Source: a virus | Lineage: Duplodnaviria > Heunggongvirae > Uroviricota > Caudoviricetes | Direction: 5' to 3' (one strand) | Virus record (IMG/VR): IMGVR_UViG_2565956721_000005 | DNA length: 43,002 nt | Shown: one piece after another, positions 38,470 through 43,002 of the stretch | Layout of the letters: every line of letters starts with the position of its first letter | How positions within the stretch are numbered: position 1 is the first letter of the stretch | Notes under the pieces: model-generated | Told to the model about the DNA's origin: nothing | The model's database searches: none | The model's input: the letters and a program-made list of their open reading frames with translations, nothing else | Made by a program: the position numbers and the translations under genes

Positions 38470-38640
38470 TTAAAGTGAATTTTGTGATGCGGTGAATGCG
38501 GCTAAGCGCACGCGGAACAGTTAAAACCAAAAACAGTGTTATGGGTGGATTCTCTGTATCCGGCGTTAATTGTTAACTGGTTAACGTCACCTGGAAGCAC
38601 CAGGCACCGCATCACAAAATTCATTGTTGAGGACGCGATA

Positions 38641-38829
38641 ATGGAAACGTTATTACCAAACGTTAATACGTCTGAAGGTTGTTTTGAAATTGGTGTCACT
38701 ATCAGTAACCCTGTATTTACTGAAGATGCTATTAACAAGAGAAAACACGAACGGGAGCTATTAAATAAAATATGCATTCTTTCAATGTTGGCCCGTTTAC
38801 GTCCGATACAAAAAGGATGCTGGCAATGA
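38641..38829 (+). CDS. dicB: cell division inhibitor DicB
   Basis: 62 aa METLLPNVNTSEGCFEIGVTISNPVFTEDAINKRK.ERELLNKICI.SMLARL...KGC.Q. Confidence 0.9.
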   Translation: METLLPNVNTSEGCFEIGVTISNPVFTEDAINKRKHERELLNKICILSMLARLRPIQKGCWQ

Positions 38830-39017
38830 ATACAGCATTTGCACTTGTTCTGACAGTTTTTCTTGTTTCCGGAGAGCCAGTTGATATTGCAGTCAGTGTT
38901 CACAGGACAATGCAGGAGTGTGTGACTGCAGCAACCGAACAGAAAATTCCCGGTAACTGTTACCCGGTCGATAAAGTTATTCACCAGGATAATAACGAAA
39001 TCCCGGCAGGTCTTTAA
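38826..39017 (+). CDS. ydfD: YdfD-like lysis-associated small protein
   Basis: 63 aa MNTAFALVLTVFLVSGEPVDIAVSVHRTMQEC.TAATEQKIPGNCYPVDKVIHQDN.EIPAGL; ATGA overlap with dicB. Confidence 0.8.
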   Translation: MNTAFALVLTVFLVSGEPVDIAVSVHRTMQECVTAATEQKIPGNCYPVDKVIHQDNNEIPAGL

Positions 39018-39109
39018 AACAGTTCCGTAATAAACATCCGATTTCATTCTTATATGCCAGCAATGGCAGGGATTTGTTCACCCTTAAATCTGTAATGAGG
39101 TAAAACAAA

Positions 39110-41581
39110 ATGAGTAAAGTCTTTATTTGCGCCGCCATTCCGGACGAACAGGCAATAAAGGAAGAAGGTGCCGTCGCTGTAGCCACTGCCATTGAAGCCG
39201 GTGATGAACGTCGCGCCCGCGCAAAATTTCACTGGCAATTCCTGGAACATTATCCGGCTGCTCAGGACTGCGCTTATAAATTTCTTGTTTGCGAGGATAA
39301 ACCCGGTATACCCCGCCCTGCCCTCGATTCCTGGGATGCTGAATATATGCAGGAAAACCGCTGGGATGAGGCGTCTGCTTCCTTTGTTCCGGTCGAGACT
39401 GAATCCGATCCGATGAACGTCACTTTTGACAAGCTGGCCCCTGAAGTACAGAACGCTGTCATGGTTAAGTTCGACACATGTGAAAACATCACCGTTGATA
39501 TGGTTATTAGCGCACAGGAATTGTTGCAGGAAGACATGGCAACATTCGACGGACATATCGTTGAAGCGTTGATGAAAATGCCAGAAGTTAACGCCATGTA
39601 TCCGGAGCTTAAGTTGCACGCCATTGGGTGGGTTAAGCATAAATGTATTCCTGGTGCTAAATGGCCCGAAATTCAGGCAGAGATGCGCATCTGGAAAAAA
39701 CGTCGCGAAGGTGAACGCAAGGAAACCGGAAAATACACGTCTGTTGTTGATCTCGCCCGCGCCAGAGCCAATCAACAGTACACTGAAAATTCAACAGGAA
39801 AAATCAGCCCGGTCATTGCTGCCATTCATCGCGAATACAAGCAGACATGGAAAACACTGGATGACGAACTGGCCTACGCTCTCTGGCCTGGTGATGTGGA
39901 TGCCGGAAACATTGACGGCAGCATCCATCGCTGGGCAAAAAAAGAAGTTATCGACAACGACCGCGAAGACTGGAAGCGTATCTCGGCATCAATGCGCAAA
40001 CAGCCTGATGCCCTTCGCTACGACCGCCAAACTATTTTTGGCCTTGTCCGTGAGCGTCCGATCGACATTCACAAAGATCCCGTAGCACTGAACAAATATA
40101 TCTGCGAATACCTGACGACAAAGGGCGTGTTTGAGAATGAAGAAACAGACCTGGGCACTGTTGATGTTCTCCAGTCATCAGAAACACAAACTGATGCAGT
40201 GGAAACTGAGGTATCTGATATCCCAAAAAATGAAACCGCGCCGGAAGCTGAACCATCTGTAGAGCGTGAGGGGCCGTTCTATTTCCTCTTCGCAGATAAG
40301 GACGGAGAAAAATACGGTCGCGCAAACAAACTTTCTGGTCTGGATAAGGCACTGGCTGCTGGCGCCACTGAAATCACAAAAGAAGAATATTTTGCCCGAA
40401 AAAATGGCACATACACGGGCTTACCGCAAAATGTAGATACCGCTGAAGATTCAGAACAACCAGAGCCGATAAAAGTTACCGCTGACGAAGTAAACAAAAT
40501 TATGCAGGCAGCCAATATCAGCCAGCCTGACGCCGATAAGTTGCTTGCTGCATCACGTGGTGAATTTGTTGAAGGGATTAGTGACCCGAATGATCCGAAA
40601 TGGATTAAGGGGATCCAGACCCGCGATTCTGTGAGCCAGAACCAGCATGAATCGGAACGGAACTACCAAAAAGCGGAACAAAACAGTCCAAATGCGTTAC
40701 AAAACGAGCCAGAAACGAAACAGCCTGAACCAGTGGCGCACCAGGAAGTGGAAAAAGCCTGCACCGCCTGCGGTCAGACCGGCGGCGGCAACTGTCCTGA
40801 TTGTGGCGCGGTGATGGGCGACGCAACATACCAAGAAACATTCGATGAAGAGTATCAGGTTGAAGTTCAGGAAGATGATCCGGAGGAAATGGAAGGCGCT
40901 GAACATCCACACAAGGAGAACACTGGCGGCAATCAGCATCACAATAGCGATAATGAAACTGGCGAGACGGCAGATCACCCAATTAAGGTGAACGGTCATC
41001 ACGAAATCACATCCACCAGCAGGACGTGTGACCATCTAATGATCGACCTTGAAACCATGGGAAAAAATCCTGATGCCCCGATCATCTCAATAGGTGCAAT
41101 ATTTTTCGATCCGCAAACCGGAGATATGGGACCGGAATTTAGTAAGACTATCGATCTGGAAACTGCTGGCGGAGTCATTGATCGGGACACCATTAAATGG
41201 TGGCTTAAGCAATCACGCGAAGCGCAATCTGCCATTATGACCGATGAAATCCCGTTAGATGATGCACTGTTACAATTGCGGGAATTTATCGACGAAAACT
41301 CCGGTGAATTTTTTGTTCAGGTTTGGGGAAATGGAGCCAACTTCGACAACACGATTTTGCGCCGTTCATACGAACGGCAGGGGATCCCCTGCCCGTGGCG
41401 TTACTACAACGATCGCGATGTACGCACAATCGTTGAGCTGGGGAAAGCCATAGACTTCGATGCCAGAACGGCTATTCCATTCGAAGGTGAGCGCCATAAT
41501 GCACTTGATGACGCCCGTTACCAGGCAAAATACGTTTCAGCTATCTGGCAAAAACTGATCCCAAATCAGGCTGATTTTTAA
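39110..41581 (+). CDS. YdfE-like protein fused to a C-terminal DEDDh-type 3'-5' exonuclease domain
   Basis: 823 aa; acidic linker; CTACGQTGGGNCPDCG zinc ribbon; C-terminal MIDLETMG ... NGANFDNTIL ... HNALDDARY (Exo I/II/III motifs). Confidence 0.7.
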   Translation: MSKVFICAAIPDEQAIKEEGAVAVATAIEAGDERRARAKFHWQFLEHYPAAQDCAYKFLVCEDKPGIPRPALDSWDAEYMQENRWDEASASFVPVETESDPMNVTFDKLAPEVQNAVMVKFDTCENITVDMVISAQELLQEDMATFDGHIVEALMKMPEVNAMYPELKLHAIGWVKHKCIPGAKWPEIQAEMRIWKKRREGERKETGKYTSVVDLARARANQQYTENSTGKISPVIAAIHREYKQTWKTLDDELAYALWPGDVDAGNIDGSIHRWAKKEVIDNDREDWKRISASMRKQPDALRYDRQTIFGLVRERPIDIHKDPVALNKYICEYLTTKGVFENEETDLGTVDVLQSSETQTDAVETEVSDIPKNETAPEAEPSVEREGPFYFLFADKDGEKYGRANKLSGLDKALAAGATEITKEEYFARKNGTYTGLPQNVDTAEDSEQPEPIKVTADEVNKIMQAANISQPDADKLLAASRGEFVEGISDPNDPKWIKGIQTRDSVSQNQHESERNYQKAEQNSPNALQNEPETKQPEPVAHQEVEKACTACGQTGGGNCPDCGAVMGDATYQETFDEEYQVEVQEDDPEEMEGAEHPHKENTGGNQHHNSDNETGETADHPIKVNGHHEITSTSRTCDHLMIDLETMGKNPDAPIISIGAIFFDPQTGDMGPEFSKTIDLETAGGVIDRDTIKWWLKQSREAQSAIMTDEIPLDDALLQLREFIDENSGEFFVQVWGNGANFDNTILRRSYERQGIPCPWRYYNDRDVRTIVELGKAIDFDARTAIPFEGERHNALDDARYQAKYVSAIWQKLIPNQADF

Positions 41582-41645
41582 TGTTCAACCCCGGTCGTTG
41601 CCCACCAGCTATAGTGGCGGCGACCATGATTAGCGAACGACGCTC

Positions 41646-41894
41646 ATGGCAAGACTTATTCTGCTCACTGAGTGGACAAAGGAGGAATTCAGTGAACCGG
41701 TCCCTACTCCGAGTACGTTAAGTAAATACGCTAAAGCCGGAATGATATTTCCTCTCCCCAAAAAAGTTGGAAGACGCTGGCGAGTGGATCCGCAAGCTCG
41801 CTTTGTCGGAATGGTAAACAAGCCGGAGGTGATCGCCACAGATCACCCTGCTTTGAAGAGGATACTGGAAGATGGCGCGCCCGCGAAAATATAA
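41646..41894 (+). CDS. xis: excisionase-like protein
   Basis: 82 aa immediately upstream of and overlapping int. Confidence 0.6.
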   Translation: MARLILLTEWTKEEFSEPVPTPSTLSKYAKAGMIFPLPKKVGRRWRVDPQARFVGMVNKPEVIATDHPALKRILEDGAPAKI

Positions 41895-43002
41895 AACCGA
41901 TGTTCCGGGATTATCTCCGTATTTTGACAAAAGAAATAACAAAGTTTACTGGCGTTACAGGCATCCCATAACAGGCAAAAATCACGGTCTCGGCAGTATT
42001 GACCAGAAACTGGCAGAAACTATTGCAGCAGAAGCGAACAGCCGTCTTGCCCGGCAGCAAATGGAACAAATGCTCAGTCTGCAGGAGAAAATTATTAGTG
42101 ACACCGGCGGTTCATCAACCGTTACCATTTTTCTGAATAATTACAGAAAAATTCAACAGGAAAGATATGAAAACGGCGAGATCAAACTCAACACGCTGAA
42201 ACAGAAAGCGGCCCCTCTCAGGGTATTTGATGAACGTTTTGGCACCAGACCGTTAGATGCCATAACCGTAAAAGATGTGGTATCAGTACTGGAAGAGTAC
42301 AAGGCCAGAGGACATAACAGAATGGGACAAATTTTCAGGAAAGTACTGATCGATGTTTTCCGGGAAGCTCAGCAAACGGGCGATGTCCCGCCAGGCTTTA
42401 ACCCTGCAGAATCGGCAAAAAAACCGCAGGTGCGGATATCAAGACAGCGACTGACTTTTGATGAGTGGATGATGATTTATAACGCAGCGGAAAAGGATGG
42501 TTACTTTTTACAGCGCGGTATGCTGCTGGCACTGATGACAGGCCAGCGCCTTTCAGATATTTGCAAAATGCAATTTTCGGATATCCGGGATGGTTATCTT
42601 CATGTCGAACAGCAAAAAACAGGAACCCGGATTGCCATCCCTCTGGCTCTGCGTTGCGATAAATTAAATCTCACCCTAGATGATGTGGTGTCATCCTGCC
42701 GCGATTGCGTTCTTAGTCCGTGGCTATTGCACCACCATCACGCGAAAGGGACAGCTAAGCGCGGCGGGATGGTTAAGCCAGCAACATTAACCGTTGCATT
42801 TAAAAAAGCCCGGGATTCTGTGGATTACAACTGGCGTGCTAATGGCACCCCACCCTCTTTCCATGAGCAGAGATCTTTATCAGAGCGATTGTTCAGAGAG
42901 CAGGGGGTTGATACCAAAATTTTGCTGGGCCATTCGAATCAAAAAATGACCGATATTTACAACGACGCACGCGGTAAGGAATGGAAAAAACTGGTCATTT
43001 GA
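41872..43002 (+). CDS. int: tyrosine integrase (phage integrase family); stop at window edge
   Basis: 376 aa; C-terminal ...LLGHSNQKMTDIYNDARGKEW... typical of tyrosine recombinases. Confidence 0.85.
   Translation: MARPRKYKTDVPGLSPYFDKRNNKVYWRYRHPITGKNHGLGSIDQKLAETIAAEANSRLARQQMEQMLSLQEKIISDTGGSSTVTIFLNNYRKIQQERYENGEIKLNTLKQKAAPLRVFDERFGTRPLDAITVKDVVSVLEEYKARGHNRMGQIFRKVLIDVFREAQQTGDVPPGFNPAESAKKPQVRISRQRLTFDEWMMIYNAAEKDGYFLQRGMLLALMTGQRLSDICKMQFSDIRDGYLHVEQQKTGTRIAIPLALRCDKLNLTLDDVVSSCRDCVLSPWLLHHHHAKGTAKRGGMVKPATLTVAFKKARDSVDYNWRANGTPPSFHEQRSLSERLFREQGVDTKILLGHSNQKMTDIYNDARGKEWKKLVI

Noticed and set aside
38502-39047. 181-aa minus-strand Cys-rich ORF
   Set aside because: Antisense to dicB and ydfD, which match known proteins; AT-rich artefact.
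1-43002. CRISPR arrays or insertion sequences
   Set aside because: No regularly spaced short repeats with unique spacers, and no transposase-like ORF with terminal inverted repeats, were seen.

Overview
The window is almost entirely one lambdoid prophage, read in reverse orientation; all calls rest on reading the sequence and on recalled protein families, with no database search run. From left to right: a tail-fibre end (tfa remnant, methyltransferase moron, tfa, stf, lom); a lambda-like tail and head module on the minus strand (J fragment, L, M, H, G/G-T, V, U, Z, FII, FI, E, D, C/Nu3, B, W, A, Nu1); cos near 21.8 kb; a lysis cassette (Rz/Rz1, SAR endolysin, pinholin); three tRNA genes, an orphan DNA methyltransferase and a Q antiterminator with a pR'-like promoter; a nin-type region (RusA, DUF968, hok); replication and immunity genes (O-like protein with iterons, CII-like, Cro-like, divergent CI-like repressor); then a Qin-like ydfABC-dicF-dicB-ydfD operon, a long YdfE/exonuclease fusion, xis and int ending at the window edge. 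The prophage looks tail-defective: tail genes K, I and the 5' half of J are missing at a deletion junction inside L. The best candidate for an undescribed system is an AT-rich two-gene operon (33106-34128 and 32089-33090, minus strand) with a strong RBS and no family I can recognise, sitting where Qin carries relBE. Other leads are a 32-codon membrane-peptide ORF between endolysin and Rz, two about 215-bp direct repeats each ending in a terminator, and several small morons.
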